Positions 9,636 through 19,954 of a stretch of DNA of 64,000 nt are shown here, in pieces. The DNA is taken from the IMG/VR virus record IMGVR_UViG_3300032236_001771, positions 36,077-100,076 of that record; one strand, given 5' to 3'. The notes under the pieces were generated by a model, which saw nothing but the letters and a program-made list of their open reading frames with translations, did not search any database and was not told the origin of the DNA. Each line of letters begins with the position of its first letter. The stretch's first letter is position 1. The DNA is from a virus. The translations under genes were made by a program, and so were the position numbers.

Positions 9636-11066
9636 ATGTTCAACTCGGAATATTTGCAGGAAAAGTGGGCACCAGTAATTGGTCACCACGATCTTCCTGA
9701 AATCAAAGATCCATACCGTAGAGCCGTAACTTCGGTTCTTTTAGAAAACCAAGAAAAGTTTCTTCGTGAAGAGCGCAACATTCTTAATGAAACCGCTCCC
9801 GTAAGTAGCACTGCTTCTACAAGTGGTTATGCTGGCTTGTCTGGTGGCGCCCCTGCTGGTGGTCCTACCGCCGGTTTTGACCCAGTTTTGATTAGCCTCA
9901 TTCGTCGTTCAATGCCTAATCTTGTCGCTTACGACATTTGTGGCGTTCAACCAATGAGCGGTCCTACTGGACTTATTTTTGCAATGCGTTCACGTTATAC
10001 CAACCAATCAGGTAATGAAGCTCTGTTTAACGAAGCTGATACTAGCTTTGCTTCACAGAACACTGGTGGTACGTTGAATAACGCTGCACTTGGAACTGGT
10101 GCTTCTGGTTTCCCTGGTTCAGGCTCTTCAACTCAAACTGGCAACAACCCTTCAGTTCTTAATGATACCCCAGCGGGTACTTATGATGTTTATAGTGGTA
10201 TGACCACTGCTGCTTCTGAAGCGTTGGGTGATTCTGCTGGTAATGCTTTCCAACAGTTGGCTTTCAGCATTGAGAAAGTAACAGTTACCGCCAAAACTCG
10301 TGCTTTAAAAGCTGAATACAGCTTGGAACTTGCTCAAGACCTTAAGGCTATTCATGGTCTTGATGCCGAAACCGAACTCGCTAACATTTTGTCTAGCGAA
10401 ATTTTGGCTGAAATTAACCGTGAAATTGTCCGTACTGTTTACAACGTTGCTGAAGTTGGTGCTCAAGCTAACGTTGCTAATAAGGGTATCTTTAACCTTG
10501 ATACTGATTCCAACGGTCGTTGGTCAGTTGAGAAGTTTAAAGGACTTCTTTATCAAATTGAGCGCGATGCTAACGCGATTGCACAAAGAACTCGTCGTGG
10601 GAAGGGCAACTTTATTGTTTGCTCTGCTGACGTAGCTTCTGCTCTTGCTATGGCTGGTGTTCTTGATTATAATTCGGGTCTTACTGGTCCTAACGGTAAT
10701 AGCCTTGGTCAAGTTGATGACACTGGTAATACTTATATTGGTACTATCAATGGTCGCATCAAGGTCTATATTGACCCATATTCGGCTAACGTATCTCCTA
10801 ACCATTATTATGTTGTTGGATATAAGGGTACTTCTCCTTATGATGCTGGTATTTTCTACTGTCCATACGTTCCTCTCCAAATGGTTCGTGCTGTTGGTCA
10901 GGACAACTTCCAGCCCAAGATTGGCTTCAAGACTCGTTACGGTGTAGTTTCTAACCCATTTGCTGAGTTTACTCCTTATGGTCAGGCTCCTGTACAAGGT
11001 CTTGGACGTATTCAAGCCAACACCAACACCTACTACCGTAGAGTTGAAATTCAAAATCTTATGTGA
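9636..11066 (+). CDS. gp23: Major capsid protein (T4 gp23-like)
   Basis: 476 aa. Conserved MCP blocks (VAYDICGVQPMSGPTGLIFAMR, GNFIVCSADVASALA, FYCPYVPLQM). Codon usage is richer in G/C than in neighbouring genes. Confidence 0.92.
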   Translation: MFNSEYLQEKWAPVIGHHDLPEIKDPYRRAVTSVLLENQEKFLREERNILNETAPVSSTASTSGYAGLSGGAPAGGPTAGFDPVLISLIRRSMPNLVAYDICGVQPMSGPTGLIFAMRSRYTNQSGNEALFNEADTSFASQNTGGTLNNAALGTGASGFPGSGSSTQTGNNPSVLNDTPAGTYDVYSGMTTAASEALGDSAGNAFQQLAFSIEKVTVTAKTRALKAEYSLELAQDLKAIHGLDAETELANILSSEILAEINREIVRTVYNVAEVGAQANVANKGIFNLDTDSNGRWSVEKFKGLLYQIERDANAIAQRTRRGKGNFIVCSADVASALAMAGVLDYNSGLTGPNGNSLGQVDDTGNTYIGTINGRIKVYIDPYSANVSPNHYYVVGYKGTSPYDAGIFYCPYVPLQMVRAVGQDNFQPKIGFKTRYGVVSNPFAEFTPYGQAPVQGLGRIQANTNTYYRRVEIQNLM

Positions 11067-11088
11067 GTTTTTCTCACAATATTTTAAA

Positions 11089-11113
11089 GGGGACCCGAAA
11101 GGGTCCTTTTTTT
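11089..11113 (+). terminator. Rho-independent terminator after gp23
   Basis: GGGGACCC-GAAA-GGGTCC hairpin with a GNRA loop, followed by T7. Confidence 0.7.
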
Positions 11114-11138
11114 ATCTAAATAATTAAAAAAATAGATA

Positions 11139-11687
11139 ATGAATACTCAATTAACTAATAGAAATTATCTAGCACCAACTGGTTTTAAAATGCAATTGTC
11201 AAATTTACCGACAGTTGAATTTTATTGTCAAGCAGCTAATATCCCAACTATTAATGCTGAATTTCCGACATTAGCAACTCCTTTACAGGATATAGCATTA
11301 CCACCAGATAAAATGGTATTTGAACCTTTAAAAATAAAATTTTTAATTGATGAAGATTTAAATAATTTTTCTGCATTACAAAATTGGTTTAGAGGATTAA
11401 CAAAACCAGAAAGTTTTAATCAAGCAACTACTTTTTTAGATTCTGGACAATATAAAGATCCAAATCAAAGATATTTGAATGAAGTTTCTGAAGGAACATT
11501 GTTTATTTTAGATAGTAATTATAACACAAATGCAAATATAAAATTTCAAAGTATTTTTCCAATTTCATTATCTGGTCTTGAGTTTAATGTTGATACTAGA
11601 GATGTTCAATATTTTGTAGCAGAAGCTGTTTTTAAATACACCATATATAACATATATGATGCTAAAGGGAATAAATTAACCTTATGA
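11139..11687 (+). CDS. gp3: Tail completion/sheath stabiliser (T4 gp3-like, by position)
   Basis: 182 aa. In T4-like cyanophages, as I recall, gp3 follows gp23 and precedes uvsY and uvsW. The size fits. No motif check was possible. Confidence 0.5.
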   Translation: MNTQLTNRNYLAPTGFKMQLSNLPTVEFYCQAANIPTINAEFPTLATPLQDIALPPDKMVFEPLKIKFLIDEDLNNFSALQNWFRGLTKPESFNQATTFLDSGQYKDPNQRYLNEVSEGTLFILDSNYNTNANIKFQSIFPISLSGLEFNVDTRDVQYFVAEAVFKYTIYNIYDAKGNKLTL

Positions 11688-12091
11688 ATTTTGATGCAAT
11701 TAAATTGATGTGGGAAAAAGATTCAATAATTGATGATATGGAATTGGATAAAGAATCTCTTAAAATTCCACAGTTACATGCAAAATATTTAAATTTATAT
11801 TCTGATTATATTTTACTCAAAGAAAAAGCTGAACTAGATCAAAAAAAAGTACTTAAAGAACGTTGGGAATATTATGATGGTAAAAGTGATATTCCATTTG
11901 ATACTAAATTATTAAAACAAGATATTCCAAGATATATTGAATCTGATGATGAATATCAAAGGATACTTAATAAAACAAAATACTATGCAGTGATAACAAA
12001 TTATTTAAAAGATGTCATAACCAGCATAAACAATAGAAGTTATACGATAAAAAATACAATAGAATGGAGAAAATTCATTAATGGTATCTGA
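11684..12091 (+). CDS. uvsY: Recombination mediator UvsY
   Basis: 135 aa. The pattern LHAKYL...WEYYDGKSD...NRSYTIKNTIEWRKFINGI parallels T4 UvsY (YYSGRGD...RGFAIKHIQDMRAFEAG). Confidence 0.7.
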   Translation: MNFDAIKLMWEKDSIIDDMELDKESLKIPQLHAKYLNLYSDYILLKEKAELDQKKVLKERWEYYDGKSDIPFDTKLLKQDIPRYIESDDEYQRILNKTKYYAVITNYLKDVITSINNRSYTIKNTIEWRKFINGI

Positions 12092-13550
12092 CATTATAAT
12101 TCAAAAAAAGAATGAAGTTTATCTATTAATTAATGCTGAACCACATATAAAACAAGAATTAACTGAATATTTTACGTTTGAAGTTCCTGATGCCAAATTT
12201 ATGCCTCAATATAAGGCTAAAATATGGGATGGCAAAATTAGATTATTTTCTCCAGGTACAGGAGAATTATATTGTGGTTTGTTACAACATGTTAAAATAT
12301 TTGCTGAAGAAAGAAATTATTCTATTGAATTAATTGATAATAAATTTTATGGACACCCAGAATATGAAGATAAAGATATTACTCCTCAAAACGTAGTAAA
12401 ATTACTAAAAAAGTTTAATATTACGCTTGAAATTAGAGATTACCAATATCGGGGCATTTACGAGGCATTAAAGAAAAAAAGAAAGTTATTACTCTCTCCT
12501 ACCGGGTCTGGTAAATCTTTGATGATTTATTCTATCGTAAGATTTCTTGAAGATACCAATCATAGAACTCTTATTATTGTACCAACTACATCTTTGGTTG
12601 AACAAATATTTAAAGATTTTATTTCCTATGGTTGGGAAGCTCCAAAATATTGTCATAAAATTTATTCTGGAAAAGAAAAACTTACTAATGCTCCAGTTGT
12701 AATTACTACTTGGCAATCTATTTACAAACTACCTAAAAAATATTTTGATGATTTTACTGCTGTTATTGGGGATGAAGCTCATTTATTTAAAGCTAAATCT
12801 TTAACATCAGTATTAACAAAATTACATCAAGCTGAATATAGAATTGGATTTACTGGTACACTTGATGGAACTAAAACTCATAAACTTGTACTTGAAGGAT
12901 TATTTGGTCCAGTTGAAGCTGTGACTAAAACTGATAATTTAATTAAAAAAGGTTATCTTGCTAGTCTTCAAATTAAAATTCTTCTTCTTAAACATGAACA
13001 TCAAACATTTAATTCGTATCAAGAAGAAATAAATTATATTATTTCAAATGAAAAAAGAAATAATTTAATCAAAAATTTAGTTAAAGATTTGGAAGGAAAT
13101 ACTCTTGTACTTTTTGCTATGGTTGAACGTCATGGTATGATTCTTTATGATTTAATAAATAATGCAGTTGGAAACAACAGAAAAGTATTTTTTGTATATG
13201 GTGGAGTTGATGTAGATGAAAGAGAAAATATTCGTCAAATAACAGAAACTCAAGATAATGCAATTATAATTGCTTCTTACGGTACATTTAGTACAGGTAT
13301 TAATATAAAAAATTTACATAATGTTGTGTTTGCTTCTCCAAGTAAGTCAAGAGTAAGAAATTTACAAAGTATTGGTAGAGTATTAAGAGTTAAAGAAGGT
13401 AAAACTCATGCAACTCTTTATGATATTGCAGATGATATATCAAAGAATAATCATAAAAATTACACTCTTAATCACCTTATTGAAAGAATAAAAACTTACA
13501 ATGAAGAAAATTTTAATTATGAAATTATAGACATAAAATTAAAAAATTAA
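12081..13550 (+). CDS. uvsW: UvsW-like SF2 DNA/RNA helicase
   Basis: 489 aa. Walker A LLLSPTGSGKS, DEAH box IGDEAH, and helicase C-terminal motifs (TFSTGINIKNL, QSIGRVLR). Confidence 0.85.
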   Translation: MVSDIIIQKKNEVYLLINAEPHIKQELTEYFTFEVPDAKFMPQYKAKIWDGKIRLFSPGTGELYCGLLQHVKIFAEERNYSIELIDNKFYGHPEYEDKDITPQNVVKLLKKFNITLEIRDYQYRGIYEALKKKRKLLLSPTGSGKSLMIYSIVRFLEDTNHRTLIIVPTTSLVEQIFKDFISYGWEAPKYCHKIYSGKEKLTNAPVVITTWQSIYKLPKKYFDDFTAVIGDEAHLFKAKSLTSVLTKLHQAEYRIGFTGTLDGTKTHKLVLEGLFGPVEAVTKTDNLIKKGYLASLQIKILLLKHEHQTFNSYQEEINYIISNEKRNNLIKNLVKDLEGNTLVLFAMVERHGMILYDLINNAVGNNRKVFFVYGGVDVDERENIRQITETQDNAIIIASYGTFSTGINIKNLHNVVFASPSKSRVRNLQSIGRVLRVKEGKTHATLYDIADDISKNNHKNYTLNHLIERIKTYNEENFNYEIIDIKLKN

Positions 13551-13551
13551 T

Positions 13552-13941
13552 ATGAATCAAAAATTTTATGCTGCAATAAAATTAATATCTGGAGAAGAGT
13601 TATTAAGTTTAGTTAAAACAATAACTCATGAGGAACAAAGTACTCATATAGTATTAATTTCTCCATTAGTAGTAGAATCAATAGAAATTCCAGGTATGTT
13701 TTCTGGATTAAAAATTGATAGATGGATGTCTATATCTAATCAAGAAACATTTATAATACCACTTGATAAAATAATTACTATGACTGAAGTTAATACATCA
13801 ATAGAATTATTTTATACTAAAAGTTTAAATCAATTAATTAAAGAAGAAGAAACATATAAGATAAAGAATTTAACTAATGAAAAAGATAGAATTATTGAAA
13901 GAGCTAGAATTAAATTAGAGAAGATATTTAAAGAGTATTAG
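13552..13941 (+). CDS. Hypothetical protein
   Basis: 129 aa ORF, start coupled to the uvsW stop (TAATATG). No motif recognised. Confidence 0.45.
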   Translation: MNQKFYAAIKLISGEELLSLVKTITHEEQSTHIVLISPLVVESIEIPGMFSGLKIDRWMSISNQETFIIPLDKIITMTEVNTSIELFYTKSLNQLIKEEETYKIKNLTNEKDRIIERARIKLEKIFKEY

Positions 13942-14007
13942 ATAATAGTATATAATAAGTTATCTGAAACGCAACATAGCTATTATACATGGATTCAGGA
14001 CCCTTGT

Positions 14008-14037
14008 CAACCCCCCCTACTAAAGGGGTTGCTTTTT
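14008..14037 (+). terminator. Hairpin terminator upstream of gp55
   Basis: CAACCCC-(10 nt)-GGGGTTG stem followed by CTTTTTGG. It overlaps a weak TTGCTT-N17-TATAAT promoter (14029-14057). Confidence 0.5.
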
Positions 14038-14078
14038 GGTAAGAACCCTGCTATAATGGGTAAAGATACTACAAGAAG

Positions 14079-14540
14079 ATGAAACAAAAAGAACATTATG
14101 TAAACAATAAAGATTTTCTTAATGCTATAACCGAGTATAGGAAGAAATTCTTTGAAGCAAAAGAAAAAGATTTACCTGCACCAAAAATACCAGAATACCT
14201 TGGTAGTTGTTTTTTAAAAATTGCTACACACTTATCATATAAACCAAATTTTGTTAATTATATGTTTAAGGATGATATGATTGCAGATGGAGTAGAAAAT
14301 TGTCTCACTTATATTGACAGATTTGATCCAGAAAAAGGTTCTAATCCATTTGCATATTTTACTCAAATTATTTACTTTGCTTTTCTTAGAAGAATTCAAA
14401 AAGAAAAGAAACAGTTGGAAATTAAAAATAAAATTTTAGAGAAATCTGGATTTGATGAAGTATTTTATGTTGATGTTGGTTATAATTCTTCTGATATGAA
14501 TACTATTAAACAGAATTTGGAAATTAGAGGAAGAAAATGA
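14079..14540 (+). CDS. gp55: Late-transcription sigma factor gp55
   Basis: 153 aa. YVNNKDFLNAI..., MIADGVENCL..., NPFAYFTQIIYFAFLRRIQKEKK aligns well with T4 gp55 ([44 protein letters not shown]). Confidence 0.9.
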   Translation: MKQKEHYVNNKDFLNAITEYRKKFFEAKEKDLPAPKIPEYLGSCFLKIATHLSYKPNFVNYMFKDDMIADGVENCLTYIDRFDPEKGSNPFAYFTQIIYFAFLRRIQKEKKQLEIKNKILEKSGFDEVFYVDVGYNSSDMNTIKQNLEIRGRK

Positions 14541-15580
14541 AAATTTGTTTAATAACAGATCAACATTTTGCCGTAAGAAAAGGAAACAAGGTATACTTTG
14601 ATTATTATGAAAAATTTTACAAAAATGTTTTCATACCGTACTTAAAAGACAATAATATCAAAGTTATTATTGATTTGGGGGATACGTTTGATAACAGAAA
14701 AAACATTGATTTTTTATCTTTATTTAAAGCAAAACAGATGTTTTATGAACCAATTAAAGAATTAGGAATAACCATTCATATGTTAATTGGTAATCATACA
14801 ACCTTTTACAAAAACACTAATGATATAAATTCACCAAATCTTATTTTGACTGAATACGATAATATTAAAATATATTCAAAAATTCAAGATATTGAAATTG
14901 ATGGATGTAAAATAACTATGCTTCCATGGATTAATTCTGAAAATGAATCATCTGTAATGCAACATATTGAAACTAGTAATGCATCTGTTTTATGTGGTCA
15001 TCTTGAATTAAATGGATTTATGTCTCAACCAGGGCACATATTTGAAGGTGGTATTGATGCAAAAATATTTTCTAGTTATAAAAAAGTATTTTCTGGTCAT
15101 TTTCATCATAGATCATCTAAAGATAATATTTTTTATCTAGGAAATCCTTATCCTTTATATTGGAATGACTATAATGAAAGTAGAGGATTTCATGAATTTG
15201 ATACTGAAACTTTTAAGTTAAAGTTTATAAAAAATCCATATACTATTTTTACTAAAATCTATTATGACGATATAAAAACAGATTATAAAAAAATTGATCT
15301 AACAAAATACAAAGAAACCTATGTTAAAGTATATGTTGTAAATAAAAACGACCAATATCTATTTGATAATTTTATTCAAGCTCTTCACGATATTGAAGCT
15401 TATGAAATTAAAGTTATTGAAGATGAAATTATTGTTTATGATAATGATGATATTAATGTAGAAACAGATGATACATTAACTATACTTCAAGGATATGTTG
15501 ATGATATTAATTATCATGATATTTCTTCTGTAAAAACTAAATTAAAATCTTTATATTTGGAAGCTTTAGAGGTAATTTGA
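14537..15580 (+). CDS. gp47: Recombination endo/exonuclease subunit gp47 (Mre11-like)
   Basis: 347 aa. Metallophosphoesterase motifs DQH, GDTFD, GNH, GH and GHFHH. Paired with gp46 downstream. Confidence 0.85.
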   Translation: MKICLITDQHFAVRKGNKVYFDYYEKFYKNVFIPYLKDNNIKVIIDLGDTFDNRKNIDFLSLFKAKQMFYEPIKELGITIHMLIGNHTTFYKNTNDINSPNLILTEYDNIKIYSKIQDIEIDGCKITMLPWINSENESSVMQHIETSNASVLCGHLELNGFMSQPGHIFEGGIDAKIFSSYKKVFSGHFHHRSSKDNIFYLGNPYPLYWNDYNESRGFHEFDTETFKLKFIKNPYTIFTKIYYDDIKTDYKKIDLTKYKETYVKVYVVNKNDQYLFDNFIQALHDIEAYEIKVIEDEIIVYDNDDINVETDDTLTILQGYVDDINYHDISSVKTKLKSLYLEALEVI

Positions 15581-15584
15581 TTTT

Positions 15585-17306
15585 ATGATTTTATTTAAAT
15601 CTATATCATTTAAGAATTTTCTTTCTTTTGGAAATAATTATACTACAATTAATTTTGCTGATGCCTCTACAACTTTAATTGTAGGAAGTAATGGGGCAGG
15701 TAAATCAACAATACTTGATGCAATAACTTTTGTATTATTTAATAAACCATTTAGAAAAATTAATAAACCATCACTTGTAAATTCAGTTAATAATTCTGAG
15801 TGTGTTGTACAAATTGAATTTTCTGTTGGTAAAAAAGAATATAAAATAATAAGAGGAATTAAGCCAAATATATTTGAAATTTGGATTGACGATGAAATGT
15901 TAAATCAAGATTCTGCAACAATTGATCAACAAAAATATCTTGAACAAAATATTTTACGTCTTAATTTTAAATCATTTACACAAGTTGTAATTTTGGGCTC
16001 TTCAACTTTTGTACCATTTATGCAGTTACCTGCAGCGCAAAGAAGAGATATTATTGAAGACTTGCTTGATATTAAAATATTTTCTACAATGAATGGTATT
16101 TTAAAAGACAATAATAAGTCTATATTGGATCAAATTAAAGAATATGAATATAAACTTGAATTGATAAAACAAAAAACAGAAGTTCAAAAAAAATTAATCA
16201 AAGAACTTACTGAATTAAGTGATAAATCTATTCAACAAAAGAAAACTAAAATTGTGGAATTTTCCAATAAAATAATTGAGTTGGAAAAATTAAGAACAAG
16301 TGCAGAAGAAATATTAAAAGCACTTCATCAAGAAATATCTGATTTAGGAACTCCAGAATTACAATTAAAAAAATTAGAACAATATCAAAATAATTTTAAT
16401 AATCAATTAAAAAAATTTAATCAATTAAATGAATTTTTTTCTAACAACAATTCATGTCCAACTTGTGGACAAAATATTGATAATAAATTTAAAGTTGATA
16501 AAATAAAAGAAAATCAATCTCAAATTGAAGAGGTTAATAATGCGTTGATGCAAGTTGATGGTAAAATTGATACTATTGTTAATACAATTACAAACAAAAC
16601 AAAACTTCTTAATAAAGTAACTAAATTAAATACTAGTGTATCAGAAACAAATTATAAAATAACAAATATTAACAATACGATTGGTGATATTAAAGATGAA
16701 ATTGAAGACATAGAAACAAAAGATTCTAGTGTTGATAAAGAAAAAAAAGTACTTGATATTATTGTAAATGAAGGTATTGATGTAATTGAAAAATTAAAAG
16801 TACTTAAAAAAAATAAAGAAGAGTATGAAATTATTTTATATTTATTAAAAGATACTGGAATTAAATCAAAAATTATTAAAAAATATTTACCAATTTTTAA
16901 TAATTTAATTAACAAATATCTTCAAGAAATGGATTTTTTTGTTAATTTTATGTTAAATGAAAATTTTGAAGAAACCATTAAATCTAGACATAGGGATGAT
17001 TTTTCATATGGTTCTTTTTCGGAAGGAGAAAAAATGAGAATTGATTTAGCTCTTCTTTTTACTTGGAGAGAAATAGCTAAAATTAAAAATTCAGTAAATA
17101 CAAATCTTTTATTGTTAGATGAAGTATGTGATAGTTCTTTAGATATTTCTGGTACTGATGATTTTATTAGAATTTTAAGACAATTTGATAAAAATATTAA
17201 TGTTTTTATTATTTCACATAAAGGAGATATTTTGTTAGATAAATTTGAAAAAACATTATTTTTTGAAAAAGTTAAAAACTTTTCAAAGGTCAAAGAACTC
17301 AAATGA
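15585..17306 (+). CDS. gp46: Recombination endo/exonuclease subunit gp46 (Rad50/SbcC-like ATPase)
   Basis: 573 aa. Walker A GSNGAGKST, a long coiled coil with a CPTCGQ zinc hook, signature FSEGEKMR, and Walker B LLLLDE. Confidence 0.88.
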   Translation: MILFKSISFKNFLSFGNNYTTINFADASTTLIVGSNGAGKSTILDAITFVLFNKPFRKINKPSLVNSVNNSECVVQIEFSVGKKEYKIIRGIKPNIFEIWIDDEMLNQDSATIDQQKYLEQNILRLNFKSFTQVVILGSSTFVPFMQLPAAQRRDIIEDLLDIKIFSTMNGILKDNNKSILDQIKEYEYKLELIKQKTEVQKKLIKELTELSDKSIQQKKTKIVEFSNKIIELEKLRTSAEEILKALHQEISDLGTPELQLKKLEQYQNNFNNQLKKFNQLNEFFSNNNSCPTCGQNIDNKFKVDKIKENQSQIEEVNNALMQVDGKIDTIVNTITNKTKLLNKVTKLNTSVSETNYKITNINNTIGDIKDEIEDIETKDSSVDKEKKVLDIIVNEGIDVIEKLKVLKKNKEEYEIILYLLKDTGIKSKIIKKYLPIFNNLINKYLQEMDFFVNFMLNENFEETIKSRHRDDFSYGSFSEGEKMRIDLALLFTWREIAKIKNSVNTNLLLLDEVCDSSLDISGTDDFIRILRQFDKNINVFIISHKGDILLDKFEKTLFFEKVKNFSKVKELK

Positions 17307-17314
17307 TGTAACCC

Positions 17315-17343
17315 TTGACAAATTGGCTAAACCGGTGTACAAT
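17315..17343 (+). promoter_or_regulatory. Host sigma70-type promoter TTGACA-N17-TACAAT
   Basis: TTGACA at 17315-17320, exactly 17 nt of spacer, TACAAT at 17338-17343. The ORF-track TTG start at 17315 is the -35 box itself. Confidence 0.6.
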
Positions 17344-17386
17344 GCTATTTGGGTCGTATGCTCAAACTTATTGGACAAAAATTATT

Positions 17387-17773
17387 ATGGATGAAATACC
17401 AGAAAAAACCAGTTACGAATTGAAATTGATTACAAATTTACAAAACAATATGACCATTCAAAATAATCAAAATGGATTTTGGAAGTATAATGAAGATAAG
17501 ACACTAAAACAGATTGAAGAATATCTTATCAGCACTTACAAATCCCATTATACTTCTGAAACATCAAAAACACAAACTCTTGATTTGATTGAAAGTATTG
17601 GAGATGCAGAACCCTTTACTCGTTCTAATGCCATTAAATACCTTTCTCGTTTTGGTAAAAAGAACGGAAAATCCAAAATGGATATTTTGAAGGCAATTCA
17701 TTATTGTATTCTTCTTTATCATTTCTCTGGTCTACACAATGAAAATGCGAAATCAACTTATGAAACCTACTAA
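17387..17773 (+). CDS. DUF3310-like protein
   Basis: Start re-set to ATG 17387, downstream of the promoter. FTRSNAIKYLSRFGKKNGKSKMDILKAIHY matches the DUF3310 signature as I recall it (aiKYl.R...K.g....dl.KA..Y). Confidence 0.5.
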   Translation: MDEIPEKTSYELKLITNLQNNMTIQNNQNGFWKYNEDKTLKQIEEYLISTYKSHYTSETSKTQTLDLIESIGDAEPFTRSNAIKYLSRFGKKNGKSKMDILKAIHYCILLYHFSGLHNENAKSTYETY

Positions 17774-18422
17774 CGAAACTTTAACCATATTGAAAAATTT
17801 TTCTTCTATTAATAAGTCAATTCTTATTAAAGAAGGTAATGAACTTTCTACAATTGCTATTACTAAAAATATTTTTGCCAAAGCATTAATTACTGAAAAA
17901 TTTCCTAGAGAATTTGCAATTTATGATCTAACTGAATTTCTTTCTGGTCTTACTCTTTTTAAAGAAAAGGAATTTGAATTTGATTTTAGTAATGACAGTT
18001 ATTTGATTATTAAAAGTTGTGGTTCTGAAGTAAAATATTTTTATTCGGATCCAGATATTATTGCAGCACCACCAAATAAAAAATTGGTAATGCCAACTCC
18101 AGAAGTTCAATTTATTTTGAATTCTGATGTATTAGATATGATGATTAGGTCTGCTAATGTTTATCAATTGCCTGATTTATGTGTTGAGGGAGATGGAAAA
18201 GAAATTCATCTTGTAGTTAAAGATAAAAAGAATAGTACATCTAATACTTATTCAATGATTGTTGGATTGACTGAAAATACTTTTTCTTATAATTTTAAAA
18301 TGGAAAACATTAAAATTCTTCCGGGAACTTATAATGTGAGTATTTCTTCTAAAATTTCACAATTTATTAATTCCGAATTGAATGTAGAATATTATATTGC
18401 TTTGGAACCGGATACTAACTGA
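17760..18422 (+). CDS. gp45: Sliding clamp gp45
   Basis: MKPTNETLTILKNFSSINKSILIKEG parallels the T4 gp45 N-terminus (MKLSKDTTALLKNFATINSGIMLKSG). C-terminal YYIALEPD versus T4 YVVALEAD. Start chosen at the internal ATG 17760. Confidence 0.85.
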   Translation: MKPTNETLTILKNFSSINKSILIKEGNELSTIAITKNIFAKALITEKFPREFAIYDLTEFLSGLTLFKEKEFEFDFSNDSYLIIKSCGSEVKYFYSDPDIIAAPPNKKLVMPTPEVQFILNSDVLDMMIRSANVYQLPDLCVEGDGKEIHLVVKDKKNSTSNTYSMIVGLTENTFSYNFKMENIKILPGTYNVSISSKISQFINSELNVEYYIALEPDTN

Positions 18423-18445
18423 CCACACTTGTTGAGAATTTTGTA

Positions 18446-19390
18446 ATGAAAACTGATTTTCTTTTTGTGGAAAAATACAGACCACAAACTATTGAAGACT
18501 GCATCTTACCAGAAAACATTAAAAAAACATTTATTGAATTTTTAAAAAAAGGGGAGATTCCAAATCTTTTACTTTCTGGTCCTCCTGGTATTGGAAAAAC
18601 AACAATAGCAAAAGCATTATGTAAAGAATTGGGAGCAGATTATTATGTCATTAACGGATCTGATGAAGGTAGATTTTTAGATACGGTTAGAAATCAAGCA
18701 AAAAATTTTGCAACTACAGTATCACTTCAAACTGATGCTAAACACAAAGTTATTATTATTGATGAGGCAGATAACACAGGAAGTGAAGTTCAATTGTTAT
18801 TGCGGGCAAATATTGAAGCATATTATAATAATTGTAGATTTATTTTTACATGTAACTATAAAAATAAAATTATTGAACCTCTTCATTCAAGATGTGCAGT
18901 TATTGATTTTACAATTCCAAATAAACAAAAACCAAAAATTGCAGGAGAATTTTTTAAACGAGTATCAAAAATATTGATTGAAGAGAATATTGAATATGAT
19001 AAACAAGTAATTGCAGAATTGGTAAATAAATATTTTCCAGATTTTCGTAGAACTTTAAACGAAATTCAAAGATATTCATCCGATGGTTCTATTGATTCTG
19101 GAATTCTTGTTGAAGTTGCAGATATAAATCTGGCAGAACTTATAAAAGCATTGTCTAATAAAGAATTTACAGTTGTTCGTAAATGGGTTGTATCTAATTT
19201 GGATAATGACCCTAATACAATTTTTAGAAAAATTTATAATTCTTTGTATGATACTTTAGTTCCTTCTTCTATTCCCCAGGCAGTTTTAATTATTGCCAAA
19301 TATCAATATCAACAAGCATTTGTTGCAGATTCAGAAATAAATTTATTAGCTGCTCTTACTGAAATTATGGTTAGTTGTCAATTTCAATGA
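18446..19390 (+). CDS. gp44: Clamp loader large subunit gp44 (AAA+)
   Basis: 314 aa. Walker A GPPGIGKTT, Walker B IIIDEAD and an SRC-like motif HSRC. Confidence 0.88.
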   Translation: MKTDFLFVEKYRPQTIEDCILPENIKKTFIEFLKKGEIPNLLLSGPPGIGKTTIAKALCKELGADYYVINGSDEGRFLDTVRNQAKNFATTVSLQTDAKHKVIIIDEADNTGSEVQLLLRANIEAYYNNCRFIFTCNYKNKIIEPLHSRCAVIDFTIPNKQKPKIAGEFFKRVSKILIEENIEYDKQVIAELVNKYFPDFRRTLNEIQRYSSDGSIDSGILVEVADINLAELIKALSNKEFTVVRKWVVSNLDNDPNTIFRKIYNSLYDTLVPSSIPQAVLIIAKYQYQQAFVADSEINLLAALTEIMVSCQFQ

Positions 19391-19578
19391 ATTACGATAA
19401 ATTTAAAACATCAAGAATAAAAACGACACCAGAAAATGTCAAAGAAGCAAATGAAGGATTGTTTTATTCTAAAATGAATTTACCACAAGCGGCTCACCAT
19501 TGTGGGATGACAAACAAAGAAATGAAACTTACCTTTTTTGAATATTTAAAATATCATTCTCCTAATTATGAGTTATGA
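19375..19578 (+). CDS. Hypothetical small protein
   Basis: 67 aa ORF overlapping the gp44 end and the gp62 start. No motif recognised. Confidence 0.35.
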   Translation: MSISMNYDKFKTSRIKTTPENVKEANEGLFYSKMNLPQAAHHCGMTNKEMKLTFFEYLKYHSPNYEL

Positions 19579-19954
19579 ATTGAAAGATTGGTTAAATTCT
19601 ATTAATCAATCAAAAAACAATATAATGGATCAAGATATAGATTCAATTTCTCAATATCCACCTTATATTATTAATAAATGTTTATCTGGTTTTATTGATA
19701 CAGTAATGTATGCAAATGAGATGAACATTTATAATTTTTTAGATAAAAAAATGCAATATGATTTTTTTATAAATATTGTCAGACCAAAGAAAAGATTTTC
19801 TCCTTGGTTATACAAAGAGAAATTGAATGATTTGGAGTTAGTTAAAAAATATTATGGATATAATAATGATAAGGCACGATCTGCTTTAAAAATTTTAACT
19901 AAAGAACAACTTGAATTTATTAAATCTAAACTTGATACTGGTGGAAAAAAATGA
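19568..19954 (+). CDS. gp62: Clamp loader small subunit gp62 (by position)
   Basis: 128 aa between gp44 and regA, as in T4-like genomes. The assignment is by synteny only. Confidence 0.5.
   Translation: MSYELKDWLNSINQSKNNIMDQDIDSISQYPPYIINKCLSGFIDTVMYANEMNIYNFLDKKMQYDFFINIVRPKKRFSPWLYKEKLNDLELVKKYYGYNNDKARSALKILTKEQLEFIKSKLDTGGKK

Noticed and set aside
10330-11054. Alternative-frame and antisense ORFs (10330-10635 +, 10645-10947 +, 10524-11054 -) within gp23
   Set aside because: They are embedded in the strongly supported major capsid gene, have hydrophobic or low-complexity translations and show no start signals.
15926-17302. Minus-strand ORFs (15926-16111, 16652-16915, 16922-17302) within gp46
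   Set aside because: They are antisense to a well-supported Rad50-like gene. Their Ser/Ile/Phe-rich translations are typical of AT-rich antisense frames.
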